58,849 nt of DNA. It comes from a bacterium. Lineage in GTDB: Bacteria; Patescibacteriota; Minisyncoccia; Minisyncoccales; UBA10102. The position numbers were made by a program, and so were the translations under genes. Shown one piece after another: positions 1 through 8,832 of the stretch. The stretch spans positions 1-58,849 of the forward strand of contig JAUSJT010000002.1 of NCBI GenBank assembly GCA_030647485.1. The letters are read 5' to 3'. Numbering within the stretch: position 1 is the stretch's first letter; each line of letters starts with the position of its first letter. A model generated the notes under the pieces. It searched no databases. It was given only the letters and a program-made list of their open reading frames with translations, and was not told where the DNA came from.

Positions 1-1150
1 TACCAAGTGCGCGCAAATGCGCCGTTACTGCGGTAAAATCCTGCAATGCCTGCGCATGTCCGCCTTTTTTGTTTACTGCCTCGGCAAGCGCCGTGTTGGA
101 AACAGTGGGGTCGTGGGGCTCGCGCGCGGCATAGACCGGCAAAATATACGCCTCATCGGCCGAGGCAAGGGCTTTGGCAAAATCGTCGAACAAATCACGC
201 GTGCGGCTGTAGAGGTGCGGATGGAAAAAGAGCACGATTTTTTTGCCCGGAAACTTCTCCCGCGCGGCAACCACGGTGCGCGCTATCGCGGTCGGATGGT
301 GGGCGTAGTCGTCGTAGAGTACCGCGCCGCCGGCCAGTTGGCCTTTGTACTCAAATCGCCGCCAGGTCCCTTTGTACGACGCGAGCGAGCGGTCCCACAC
401 TTCATCGGGTACATTGGGTGCAACGAGTTTAGCCGCTGCTTTGGCGGCGCGGGCATTTTCTTTATTAAATTCGCCGGGTACCAAAAGCTCCGGTACCTGC
501 TCGTTTTTATACGACGATACTTCTATAACTTTTTTCGCATTACGCCGCGCCTCATCAAAAACCGCTTTCAGCTCATCGGTTGACTTAAAAAAGTCGGTAT
601 GGTCGAGCTCTATATTAGTAATGACCAATATCTCCGGTCTGAAAGCAAGAAAATGGTTCCGGTACTCGCATGCCTCGACGACAAGCAGGTCGCCCGCACC
701 TGCGCGGAAGTTGCTCCCCCACTCGGTGACGATACTCCCCACTACTACCGTCGGGTCGAGCCCTGCTTCAACCAACATACGCCCGAGCATGGCCGTGGTG
801 GTTGTTTTGCCGTGCGTGCCGGCCACCGCTATGGTCCGTTTTGTCTCTGCAACCTCACCAAGTGCTTCAAAGTAAGACTGCTGCGGTATCTCAAGCTCTA
901 CTGCTCGCATGCGCTCGGGATTATCCGCCAGCACGGCGTCGCTGTATACTAACAATTCCGTGCCTTCGCGCACGTTTTCTTCCTTCTGCCCGATGATTAC
1001 CTTAATGCCTTTTTGAGCAAGCATCGCGGTCGTTGGAGACTCCTCGCGGTCGGAGCCTGTTACCACGATACCCTCGTGCACATAATATTGGGCGAGAGCC
1101 GACATACCAATGCCGCCGATGCCGACCATGTAGATTTTTTGTGTGCTCAT
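1..1150 (-). CDS. murC: UDP-N-acetylmuramate--L-alanine ligase (3' end runs off window)
   Basis: Not in ORF track; hand translation from ATG at 1150 gives MSTQKIYMVGIGGIGMSALAQ, AVAGTHGKTTTTAML, DDYAHHP. ATG overlaps the murD stop (ATGA). Confidence 0.93.
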   Translation of the reverse strand, partial: MSTQKIYMVGIGGIGMSALAQYYVHEGIVVTGSDREESPTTAMLAQKGIKVIIGQKEENVREGTELLVYSDAVLADNPERMRAVELEIPQQSYFEALGEVAETKRTIAVAGTHGKTTTTAMLGRMLVEAGLDPTVVVGSIVTEWGSNFRAGAGDLLVVEACEYRNHFLAFRPEILVITNIELDHTDFFKSTDELKAVFDEARRNAKKVIEVSSYKNEQVPELLVPGEFNKENARAAKAAAKLVAPNVPDEVWDRSLASYKGTWRRFEYKGQLAGGAVLYDDYAHHPTAIARTVVAAREKFPGKKIVLFFHPHLYSRTRDLFDDFAKALASADEAYILPVYAAREPHDPTVSNTALAEAVNKKGGHAQALQDFTAVTAHLRALG

Positions 1151-2484
1151 TGGAGTTTTTTTACCACCGCGACAAACTGGTCATTGCGGTCGTACTCGTT
1201 TTTAAAGAGGCCGAAGGAGGCGAAAGCCGGGCTCAATAATATAATATCGCCTGTTTGAGCATGTACCATAGCTGTTGCTATAGCTTCAAACATGGTTTTT
1301 ACCTCTGTATAATTTTTGAGCAGTTTTTTCAACTTTTCCGTGCCGGTACCAGGCAATAAGATCACTAATTTTGCATAGTTCTGTATTTCCTGAACAAGCG
1401 CATCAAGAGGCAGTTCTTTGTCTGCGCCGCCTGCAATGAGAACTACTTTCGAATTGAAAGATTTTAGTGCCGCCATAGTTGCCTCGGGCGTAGTGGCGTT
1501 GTTGTCGTTATAAAAGGTGATGCCTTTTATTTCTGCGATTTTTTGCAGGCGGCCTTCGACCGGCTCAAATGACTCCAATCCACTCTTTATCTCGTCCTCG
1601 GAGAGCCCGAGTATGCGCAAGACCAGCGCGGCGAGCGCGGCGTTTTCTTTATTATGCTCGCCGATGAGTTGTAGCCTCCAGTCATGCGGCAGGGGCGGCG
1701 GCACGAGCGGTGTAACCGGCGGATTTGCTTTTTGCACTTGTGCGAGTACTTTTGTGCCAACAATGAGCTTGTCTCCGCTTTTTTGACTGATAAAAATATT
1801 AGCCTTGTCCCAAAAATACGCATCTACGTCGCCGTCATAGTAGTTGAGATGGTCGTCCATCAGATTGGTAAATACCGCAATCTGCGGACTTATTTTCAAA
1901 TCCCCAAAACCCTGGAGTTGCCAGGAGTCGAGCTCCAACACCGCGATATCTCCTTGTTGTACGTCGGGCAGCATCGCGAGAGTCGAAAACCCGCGTACGT
2001 TGCCGCCTAAGTGCGCGCGCTTACCCACCTGTTTGAGCGCGTGATAAATAAGATGCGTTACCGTCGATTTACCGCGCGTTCCGGTGACACCAGCAATAGT
2101 CGCGCCCGCCTCTCCGGCAAACTTGGCAAACAGCGCCGTCGACATATATACCGGCACGCCGGCATGCTGCGCCGCGGCAATATAGGGCGAGCCAAGCGGC
2201 ACTCCGGCGGCCTTGATGACCATGTCGGTATCGATAAAATCCGCTTCTTGATGCCCGCCAAGTGCGTAGCGGATGTTGGAAAATTTTTTAAGCCGCTCGA
2301 GCGATGGGGCGAGTGCCAGCTCATTTTTGTGGTCGGTCACCACGAGCTCTTTGCACAGCGGAGCTAAAAACTCCGCATCCCCCACCCCACGCCCAAGAAG
2401 CCCCAAGCCCATCAGGGTTACGTATTTGCCGGCAAAAAAGTCTTTATAGGCCGCCACTGCTCCATCATGCGATACTAGAGGCAT
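1147..2484 (-). CDS. murD: UDP-N-acetylmuramoyl-L-alanine--D-glutamate ligase
   Basis: GLGLLGRG, GVTGTRGKSTVT, VLELDSWQL, DHLNYY, LLSPAFASFGLFKNEYDR. Start is ATG 2484 or GTG 2457; the track's start at 2595 is probably an over-extension. Confidence 0.93.
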   Translation of the reverse strand: MPLVSHDGAVAAYKDFFAGKYVTLMGLGLLGRGVGDAEFLAPLCKELVVTDHKNELALAPSLERLKKFSNIRYALGGHQEADFIDTDMVIKAAGVPLGSPYIAAAQHAGVPVYMSTALFAKFAGEAGATIAGVTGTRGKSTVTHLIYHALKQVGKRAHLGGNVRGFSTLAMLPDVQQGDIAVLELDSWQLQGFGDLKISPQIAVFTNLMDDHLNYYDGDVDAYFWDKANIFISQKSGDKLIVGTKVLAQVQKANPPVTPLVPPPLPHDWRLQLIGEHNKENAALAALVLRILGLSEDEIKSGLESFEPVEGRLQKIAEIKGITFYNDNNATTPEATMAALKSFNSKVVLIAGGADKELPLDALVQEIQNYAKLVILLPGTGTEKLKKLLKNYTEVKTMFEAIATAMVHAQTGDIILLSPAFASFGLFKNEYDRNDQFVAVVKKLQ

Positions 2485-2704
2485 GTACGTCAAAGTGCGG
2501 GTTATTGCGGGGGCAAAAAAGGAGTTTATAGAGGAGGTTTCGGCCGGACATTTTAAACTATCTGTCCGCGAGCCCGCCGAGCGCAACTTGGCCAACCGGC
2601 GCGTGGTGGAGCTGGTGGCCGCGCATTACAAACTACCGCCAAAACAGGTACGCATCATAAGCGGACACACGAGCCCGTCTAAAATACTTTCTATTCCTGA
2701 TTAG
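2483..2704 (+). CDS. DUF167/YggU family protein
   Basis: 73 aa; VKVRVIAGAKKE, VREPAERNLANRRVVELVA, IISGHTSPSK match the family pattern. Confidence 0.85.
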   Translation: MYVKVRVIAGAKKEFIEEVSAGHFKLSVREPAERNLANRRVVELVAAHYKLPPKQVRIISGHTSPSKILSIPD

Positions 2705-2710
2705 CCGGCT

Positions 2711-3082
2711 CTAAATTTTTCTTTTCTTCTGCGCGCGGCGCATGGCGAGGGTCGGCTTTGCGGCCTCCGGTACGTTGCGCGGATGCGCCCTAAAAATATC
2801 GCCCTTAACGTGCACGATGTGTCCTTTTATTTGATTGAGTATACTGCGCTCTTTTTGGCCGGTGATTTTCAAATACCCTTTGACCATGTCAGCCTTGTCC
2901 TTGGCTATAAGCCACGAAACGGTGTCCCAACTGCCGCTCGGGCGGTGGCCGGCGAGGCGCTCGAGCCCGCCTTTCTTTCCGACATCCTGCACTCGAAAGC
3001 TGCTGAATTGCCCCTTAGGCCGGAGCTCTATCCGGTAAAACTTACCCTTGCCCGTACTGCCCGGCGCTTTTCGTTTTGCCAT
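2711..3082 (-). CDS. Conserved hypothetical basic protein (123 aa)
   Basis: From MAKRKAPGSTGKG; contains FRVQDVGKKGGLERLAG and SGSWDTVSWLI. TATACT hexamer lies 9 nt upstream of ATG 3082. Confidence 0.7.
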   Translation of the reverse strand: MAKRKAPGSTGKGKFYRIELRPKGQFSSFRVQDVGKKGGLERLAGHRPSGSWDTVSWLIAKDKADMVKGYLKITGQKERSILNQIKGHIVHVKGDIFRAHPRNVPEAAKPTLAMRRAQKKRKI

Positions 3083-3176
3083 ATACGCTAGAGTATACTC
3101 CCGTATCTGCAAGTGAGGGTAGCTTTTTATAGCTATCTGCCCTGCGGGGAAGTTAACAACATACATAACAGTCATC

Positions 3177-3386
3177 ATGGAAAAATGGGAATACAAAATC
3201 GTAATGTCGGAACTCAAGGGATTTATCAAATCCAAGTTAGATCCTGCTATGGAGGCAGGTATGAATGCGCTTGGCGGGGAGGGGTGAGAGCTTATTTCAT
3301 GTTCCCCAATGTCTGGAAACAACTCGGGAGCGTGGGGTGCGGCCACGTCTAACTTCATGCTCGTGTTCAAGCGACAAAAGATATGA
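3177..3386 (+). pseudogene. DUF4177-like small protein interrupted by in-frame TGA (3285-3287)
   Basis: Hand translation MEKWEYKIV...MNALGGEG*ELISC...MLVFKRQKI* fits the DUF4177 pattern (WEYK..N.LG.EGWELV..FKR), with the stop at the conserved Trp. Confidence 0.75.
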
Positions 3387-3424
3387 GTATTGAAAGATTA
3401 TTAGTTAAGAGTACTATTAAACAT

Positions 3425-5266
3425 ATGAAAAACTCAATAGCAATTTTAGGACTGGCATTACTCATTGCACTTCCAGTCAGTGCTTCCACTTCATTTGCCG
3501 CTGTTAAGCCACAAAATAACAATGTGGTAAAAGTCTTTATCCACTTTGCTGATACTCCGGGTAAAAGCGAGTGGGGGTTGATTCGGGCGTTTGGCGGTAC
3601 AGTAACCAACTCATATTCCATCATTCCTGCAGTTGCTGCCGAGATACCGGAGAGCGCTATTGAGGGTCTTTCGCGCAATCCGAGCGTTACTGCGATTGAG
3701 GAAGACCACAAGGTTGAGGCAACTGCTATCACATACGACACGGAATATTCAAATGCCTGGGGTGTCGAGAGAATTGAGAGCGGCGTTGCCCACGAACAAA
3801 ACTACAAAGGGCAGGGTGTGAAAATTGGCATCATCGACTCCGGTATAAACTACAATCATCCAGAATTGGCCCCCAACTACAAAGGTGGGTATGATTTTTA
3901 TTACTACGACCTTGACCCGATGGATGTGTATGGACACGGCACTCATGTGGCAGGAACGGCGTGTGCCGCGGACAATGACAACGGTGTAGCAAGTCCTAAA
4001 CTCGGCGTTGTGGGCGTTGCACCAGAGTGCGACCTCTACTCACTCCGTGTGCTGAATGATGATGGCGTCGGATATGAAAGTGATATTATATCAGCGATAG
4101 AGTGGTCGCTTGGTCGCGAAGTTACGCTCTTGCCATGGGGGAGCACTCTTGGAACTACGTCGCAGGGAGTCAGAATGGACGTGGTGAATTTAAGTCTTGG
4201 CAGTAGCCAGGCATATTCTCAGGCATCAGAGCAAACATTCGCAGAAGCAGCCAACGAAGGGCTCATCATCGTTGCAGCCGCAGGGAACTCGGGAAATGTT
4301 GCCGGAAAAGGGACAAACACCATTTATCCTGCGAACTATGATTCAGTGATAGCTGTCGGAGCTACTAAGCAGGGTGATACCAGAGCATCTTTCTCGAGCA
4401 CGGGTCCAAAAGTGGAACTTGTCGCCCCCGGAGAGTCCATCTACTCAACGTGGAATGACAACCAAGGATATTACGATCCGCAACCTGTTTGCACGGGAAT
4501 ACTGACAAATATAAACGGCGACGGGCAACCGGATGGTGAATGCTACAAGTACGGCTCAGGAACGTCGATGGCGTCTCCTCATGTTGCCGGTGTGGCAGCG
4601 TTGCTCATCGGGTCTGGGCTGATACACGACAACAATAATAACGGCATGATTAGTGATGAAGTTCGTTCATTGATGCAGTCTACCGCAATCGATTTGGGAG
4701 CAAGCGGGCGAGATGATAAGTACGGATTCGGTCTTGTGAATGTGAAGGATGCGCTCAATGCCGTCACGCCCGTTGCAACAGGCGTACTTGACGGGTTTGT
4801 GACAGACGAATCGTCAAGTCCAATTGTAGGTGCAGTAGTAACTACTGGTGCATACTCTGCAACGACAAACGGAGTTGGGTACTATCTCATAAGCGACATT
4901 GCGGTTGGCTCGTACACGGTAACGGCAAATGCGTCTGGCTATACGGCGGGATCTTCCGGCGCGATGATTACTGAGAACACCACCACGAGCGTTAACTTCG
5001 GACTCGCGACAGCTCCCGTTGTGGATATTGCGCTCACTACTGTCGGATACAAGGTCAAGGGAGTTATGAAAGCCGATCTTTCGTGGAGCGGTGCAACTTC
5101 GGGAAATGTTGATGTGTATAGAAACGGAAGTGTTATTACTACGACAGCGAACGACGGGGCTTACACTGATAACATCAACCAGAAAGGGAGTGGAACATTC
5201 ACCTACAAAATCTGCGAAGCAGGGGGAATTAGTGCGTGTTCAAACGAATCAGCAGTGACATTTTAG
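3425..5266 (+). CDS. Secreted subtilisin-like S8 serine protease (I9-like prodomain; C-terminal carboxypeptidase-regulatory-like and beta-sandwich domains)
   Basis: Signal peptide MKNSIAILGLALLIALPVSA; triad motifs IGIIDSG, HGTHVAG, GTSMASPHVAG; oxyanion AAAGN. Confidence 0.93.
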   Translation: MKNSIAILGLALLIALPVSASTSFAAVKPQNNNVVKVFIHFADTPGKSEWGLIRAFGGTVTNSYSIIPAVAAEIPESAIEGLSRNPSVTAIEEDHKVEATAITYDTEYSNAWGVERIESGVAHEQNYKGQGVKIGIIDSGINYNHPELAPNYKGGYDFYYYDLDPMDVYGHGTHVAGTACAADNDNGVASPKLGVVGVAPECDLYSLRVLNDDGVGYESDIISAIEWSLGREVTLLPWGSTLGTTSQGVRMDVVNLSLGSSQAYSQASEQTFAEAANEGLIIVAAAGNSGNVAGKGTNTIYPANYDSVIAVGATKQGDTRASFSSTGPKVELVAPGESIYSTWNDNQGYYDPQPVCTGILTNINGDGQPDGECYKYGSGTSMASPHVAGVAALLIGSGLIHDNNNNGMISDEVRSLMQSTAIDLGASGRDDKYGFGLVNVKDALNAVTPVATGVLDGFVTDESSSPIVGAVVTTGAYSATTNGVGYYLISDIAVGSYTVTANASGYTAGSSGAMITENTTTSVNFGLATAPVVDIALTTVGYKVKGVMKADLSWSGATSGNVDVYRNGSVITTTANDGAYTDNINQKGSGTFTYKICEAGGISACSNESAVTF

Positions 5267-5290
5267 CCTTAACAAAAATTGAAACAACAG

Positions 5291-5322
5291 ACTGGCGACG
5301 AAAGTCGTCAGTTTTGTTTTTA
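5291..5322 (+). terminator. Intrinsic terminator of protease gene
   Basis: ACTGGCGAC-GAAA-GTCGTCAGT stem-loop followed by a T-rich tract. Confidence 0.8.
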
Positions 5323-5449
5323 TATGCGCGATACTTCTCTGATGATCTCACTCATTTTGGGGTTCGGGAGCGATGGCTAAAGAGATTGGGCACATCGTGT
5401 ATTCTGGGCATCTGCATTGGGGGGATGGATACCTCGATGGTGCTACTGT

Positions 5450-5615
5450 GCCATCTTTGGCTCGCACCTGCTTCTTGGCGAAAAAACAATCCGTCCCGCC
5501 GAAGGCGGGAATCCGAATTCATTGGCGAATTCATTGGCGAAAACGGGCGAAACAGCGTGGGCGTGCCTACGGCACGCCCACTCCTTGGTTGGTTCTCAAC
5601 CGCTAAGTTCCATTT
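5450..5615 (+). pseudogene. Possible C-terminal remnant of a site-specific recombinase gene reading into the tRNA 3' end
   Basis: Frame AIFGSHLLLGEKTIR...AWACLRHAHSLVGSQPLSSILVP resembles, from memory, tails of CPR tRNA-associated recombinases. No catalytic domain is present. Confidence 0.35.
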
Positions 5616-5690
5616 TGGTGCCCCCATGAGGAATTGAACCTCAATCTCAGCCTTCGGAGGGCTGCGCTCTATCCGTTGAGCTATGGAGAC
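5616..5690 (-). tRNA. tRNA-Arg(CCG)
   Basis: Cloverleaf GTCTCCA..TGGGGGC-A-CCA, anticodon loop CTCCGAA, T-loop TTCAATT; CCA encoded. Confidence 0.92.
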
Positions 5691-5695
5691 AAACG

Positions 5696-5773
5696 AATCA
5701 CCCCGACCCCCAGCTTAAGACACCTTCGGTTTCTTACGTCGCTTCGCTCCTATTTTTCCACCACGGGGTAATT
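5696..5773 (-). repeat. 78-bp inverted-repeat element, copy 1 (5 nt upstream of tRNA-Arg CCG)
   Basis: 75/78 identical to 49333-49410; terminal IR AATCACCCCG/CGGGGTAATT. Confidence 0.9.
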
Positions 5774-5795
5774 TGAATTTTGCTACTGCAAAATT

Positions 5796-6743
5796 TTACT
5801 TTGCGCGAGAGACGCGGATAAGTCCTCCGCAAGGAACAATCTCAATGCCCTGTTTTTCGAGTTCGTCTAAGATAAGGTTCATGCCAATGGAATCGGAAGA
5901 TATGTGCCCTACGTTAATAACATTCACGTGGGCGGCTTCAGCTTCTTTCTTGTGCTCGTCAGACTGGTGCATCGCAATGTTGGTTCCTATGCCGGCCTGC
6001 GCCATGCGCTCATACAGCTTAGGAGAACCCTCTGTGCCGCCAGTCATTTCGGTTATGGCAATCTTCCCGCATCTGTTTTCAGGGTTCCCCACCATAATCG
6101 TAGGCCCCACACCCTGCTCAATCGCTTTCTTGTATTCTTCAACCTCGCACAGAATGCTCATCAAGTCTTCAAGGCGTTCTGGACTCTTTGATTCAACTAC
6201 ATTGCGAATAAAGGTTGCAGCATTGTTATCTGCCACCGTGTGAAGACACATAAGATTCATACCGAGAAGGCGCGAGGCATCCACTGTTCTCCAGTTGTTG
6301 CGTGGGTTAAGCCCTCTCGCAACCTCACCTATGCGCTCTTTCATTAACCCTTCTCCGATGTTTACGGGAACTCCGTACTGGTTGAGCACATCTATCTGCA
6401 GCTCCATCACCTCATGAAGATCTGCAAGGGCTCTGCCTAAAGGATGATGAGAGATAACCAGATCAATACCACCGAGTTCCTTTGCTAAAAGAATTTCTCC
6501 CACCTCAATATCAATGCCAACCAGAACTTTCTTGATTTCCTTATCGTCCGCAACGTGAAGAATCCTCGTGTCGGAATAAGGATTGGACAGGGATTCCTGG
6601 TCAAATCCCTTTTTTTCTTTCTCAGAGAGTTTCTCGAACTTCTTTCGTTTTCTGTCAAGCAGTTTCTCTATATCTTCTTTGCTACGAAAATCAGCCTTCC
6701 TTCCGCTTTCTATTGCTAGATTATAAATCTCTTGAATTCTCAT
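5796..6743 (-). CDS. NIF3/YbgI-like metal-binding protein
   Basis: VGIDIEVGE, LVISHHPLG, MCLHTVADN, IAMHQSDEH, VGHISSDSIGMN. Confidence 0.8.
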   Translation of the reverse strand: MRIQEIYNLAIESGRKADFRSKEDIEKLLDRKRKKFEKLSEKEKKGFDQESLSNPYSDTRILHVADDKEIKKVLVGIDIEVGEILLAKELGGIDLVISHHPLGRALADLHEVMELQIDVLNQYGVPVNIGEGLMKERIGEVARGLNPRNNWRTVDASRLLGMNLMCLHTVADNNAATFIRNVVESKSPERLEDLMSILCEVEEYKKAIEQGVGPTIMVGNPENRCGKIAITEMTGGTEGSPKLYERMAQAGIGTNIAMHQSDEHKKEAEAAHVNVINVGHISSDSIGMNLILDELEKQGIEIVPCGGLIRVSRAK

Positions 6744-6967
6744 TTCTCTTTTTTAGAGCTCACTGCCTCTTGGGGTTTTGAGGGAGTAATGGGAGAAACA
6801 GACGCCTTTGCTTTCGCACCCTTGGTCTGATACCTTTGTATCATATCCTCATAGAACTTTGAGATGCGCCGTTCCTGCTCTGCCACATCTAAAACCTGCC
6901 TTCGGATGGTGGCCTTGAAAAGACGGATATGTTTTCTCACGCTTTGCGGAAAGGTATATATTGACAT
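6740..6967 (-). CDS. Hypothetical protein (75 aa)
   Basis: Stop overlaps the NIF3 start (ATGA); plausible basic helical sequence. Confidence 0.6.
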   Translation of the reverse strand: MSIYTFPQSVRKHIRLFKATIRRQVLDVAEQERRISKFYEDMIQRYQTKGAKAKASVSPITPSKPQEAVSSKKEK

Positions 6968-7069
6968 ATGGTTGGTTATACCATGTTTATTCTTTCGTGT
7001 CCACGCCCCTAGACAAAAAGGGGATTGTATGCTTAAACATGAACAGAACTCTCGTGATGGAGGCGTAAG

Positions 7070-7525
7070 ATGGTTTTAGATAAAAGCCTTTCTCTGGATG
7101 GACAGATGGAGCGCCTGGAAAAACTCATCGCTCTCGCACGCGATGCCCAGTTCACGTCTCTTGTGCTTAAAGAAGTACAAGAAAGAGTGAAGGATCTCCC
7201 TTCTTGCGAAGTGCCGTGGGGAGACATGGAACTCCGTTTGCAGGGCATGATCCCCAGGATTCTCTGGGCCATTGGGATAGCGGAGACCATGACTCTAGTA
7301 TTCCGCGATTCGTGGGGGCCGGGTGTTCCTTGGCTGAACGACCTACGAACCACAAGGGCTCTCTCAAGAAGCGAGCGCTGGGCTGCAGCTGCGTGCGCCC
7401 TCTCGCTTCCAGAGATACAAGGCCGTATCCAGGGAGGAGCGATCCCTAGAGAGTACATGCTCGTTGCCGTAGAAACCTTCAGGCAACATGTTACGGGATT
7501 AGGGAAAGAGATATACGGGACCTAG
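7070..7525 (+). CDS. Hypothetical orphan protein (151 aa)
   Basis: GGAGG about 6 nt upstream of ATG; fills the gap between oppositely oriented genes. Confidence 0.5.
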   Translation: MVLDKSLSLDGQMERLEKLIALARDAQFTSLVLKEVQERVKDLPSCEVPWGDMELRLQGMIPRILWAIGIAETMTLVFRDSWGPGVPWLNDLRTTRALSRSERWAAAACALSLPEIQGRIQGGAIPREYMLVAVETFRQHVTGLGKEIYGT

Positions 7526-7539
7526 GACTGTCGCATTCG

Positions 7540-8832
7540 CTACAGTCCCTTTTCTTTTACCTGCATTTCTTCTCTTACTACCCCTCTATCATCCCAGGGA
7601 ATTTTCCTACCTCCCTTTATTGCGATAGAATCCTCGCTTCCCTTTCCGGTTATAATCACAACATCTCCTGGCTTTGCTTGAGATAAAGCAGTTCTGATCG
7701 CTTCTCTCCGGTCAAGGATTATCTCTCCCCTCCCTTTAGTACCTTCATACACCTCATGAATAATCTTCTCTGGGTCTTCCTCATACGGGTCTTCATTTGT
7801 GATGACCACCCGGTCGCAATAGGTTGCTGCTATCTTCCCCAGCACCGGCCTCTTCCATCTGTCCCTACCTCCTCCTGCGGCTCCCAGTACACATATCAGC
7901 TTCCCCTTTTTGGGCTTCAATGTTTGATACACTTTCTCTAAGGCGGCTGGGGTAAACGCATAATCCACAACCACGCGAAAGGGTTTTTGTACCACTGTTT
8001 CCATTCTTCCTGGCACAACTACCATTTTTTCTAGAGCCTTACTGCATACTTGAAGAGAAATACCTTGAGAGCGCGCCACTGCAATTGCGGCTAGCGCGTT
8101 GTATGCATTAAATTCTCCTAAAAGTTTCAAGTGAAAGTTAGTATCATCTACTTGGAAACTTACCCCATTCTCGTTCTCTACGACGGGAGAGCTCTGGATT
8201 TTCTGCAGACGCGTAGGGCCCCATTCAGCAAATGGGGTAAAGCGCAAAGAAAATTCAGAGCTCGAACCGTAGAGATAGAGCTTTTTTGAGGGAAAAGAAA
8301 GAAAGTATGACACATGTTCGTCGTCTGCATTCAACACATGTATCTCTTTTGCAGCAGCGAATAGCTTCCCTTTTGTGCGCTTGTAATTCTCAAATGATCC
8401 GTGACGTTCAATGTGTTCAGGACTTAGATTAGTAAATACAGCGGTATGAAAATTAATAAACCGGTGTCGGTGCTGCAAAATTCCTTCCGAAGTTACCTCC
8501 AGCACAACATGGGTACATCCTGCGTCCTTTGCCTGGCGCAAAAACTGCTGTATGACAAAACGGCCCGGCATGGTCATCTTCATTGTATTTCTCCACTCTT
8601 TGTCCAGAATTTGAAACCTAATAGAAGAAAGAGACGCGGTCTTTAGCCCTGCTTCTTGGAATATGCGAGAAAGCATATCCACTGTGGTGGATTTCCCGTT
8701 GGTCCCTGTAACCCCTATGACAATCATGCCCCGCGATGGAAACCCGTACAGAAGGGCGCCCAAAAAGGCTAGCCCAAAATGGTACCAGCTCAAAAGAAAT
8801 CCCGGAACAAGTTTTCTGATAAGACGAAACAT
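7540..8832 (-). CDS. murE: UDP-N-acetylmuramyl-tripeptide synthetase
   Basis: GVTGTNGKSTT, LEVTSEG, FTNLSPEHIE, VPGRME, VDYAFTP, GAAGGGRD, TNEDPYEED, TGKGSE. Confidence 0.92.
   Translation of the reverse strand: MFRLIRKLVPGFLLSWYHFGLAFLGALLYGFPSRGMIVIGVTGTNGKSTTVDMLSRIFQEAGLKTASLSSIRFQILDKEWRNTMKMTMPGRFVIQQFLRQAKDAGCTHVVLEVTSEGILQHRHRFINFHTAVFTNLSPEHIERHGSFENYKRTKGKLFAAAKEIHVLNADDEHVSYFLSFPSKKLYLYGSSSEFSLRFTPFAEWGPTRLQKIQSSPVVENENGVSFQVDDTNFHLKLLGEFNAYNALAAIAVARSQGISLQVCSKALEKMVVVPGRMETVVQKPFRVVVDYAFTPAALEKVYQTLKPKKGKLICVLGAAGGGRDRWKRPVLGKIAATYCDRVVITNEDPYEEDPEKIIHEVYEGTKGRGEIILDRREAIRTALSQAKPGDVVIITGKGSEDSIAIKGGRKIPWDDRGVVREEMQVKEKGL

Noticed and set aside
17-1258. Plus-strand ORFs 17-583, 345-875, 599-952 and others
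   Set aside because: They are antisense shadows of murC and murD with no recognisable motifs. The same applies to most short overlapping ORFs in the track.
2711-2750. Possible truncation of the basic hypothetical protein's C-terminus
   Set aside because: Based only on vague recall of longer homolog tails; no visible frameshift.
6961-6990. TTGACA as a promoter for the 7070 ORF
   Set aside because: No acceptable -10 at 16-18 nt; the hexamer overlaps the opposite-strand start codon.
8219-8237. CCCCATT-CAGCA-AATGGGG hairpin inside murE
   Set aside because: A 7-bp stem can arise by chance and no second copy was seen; possible REP relic only.
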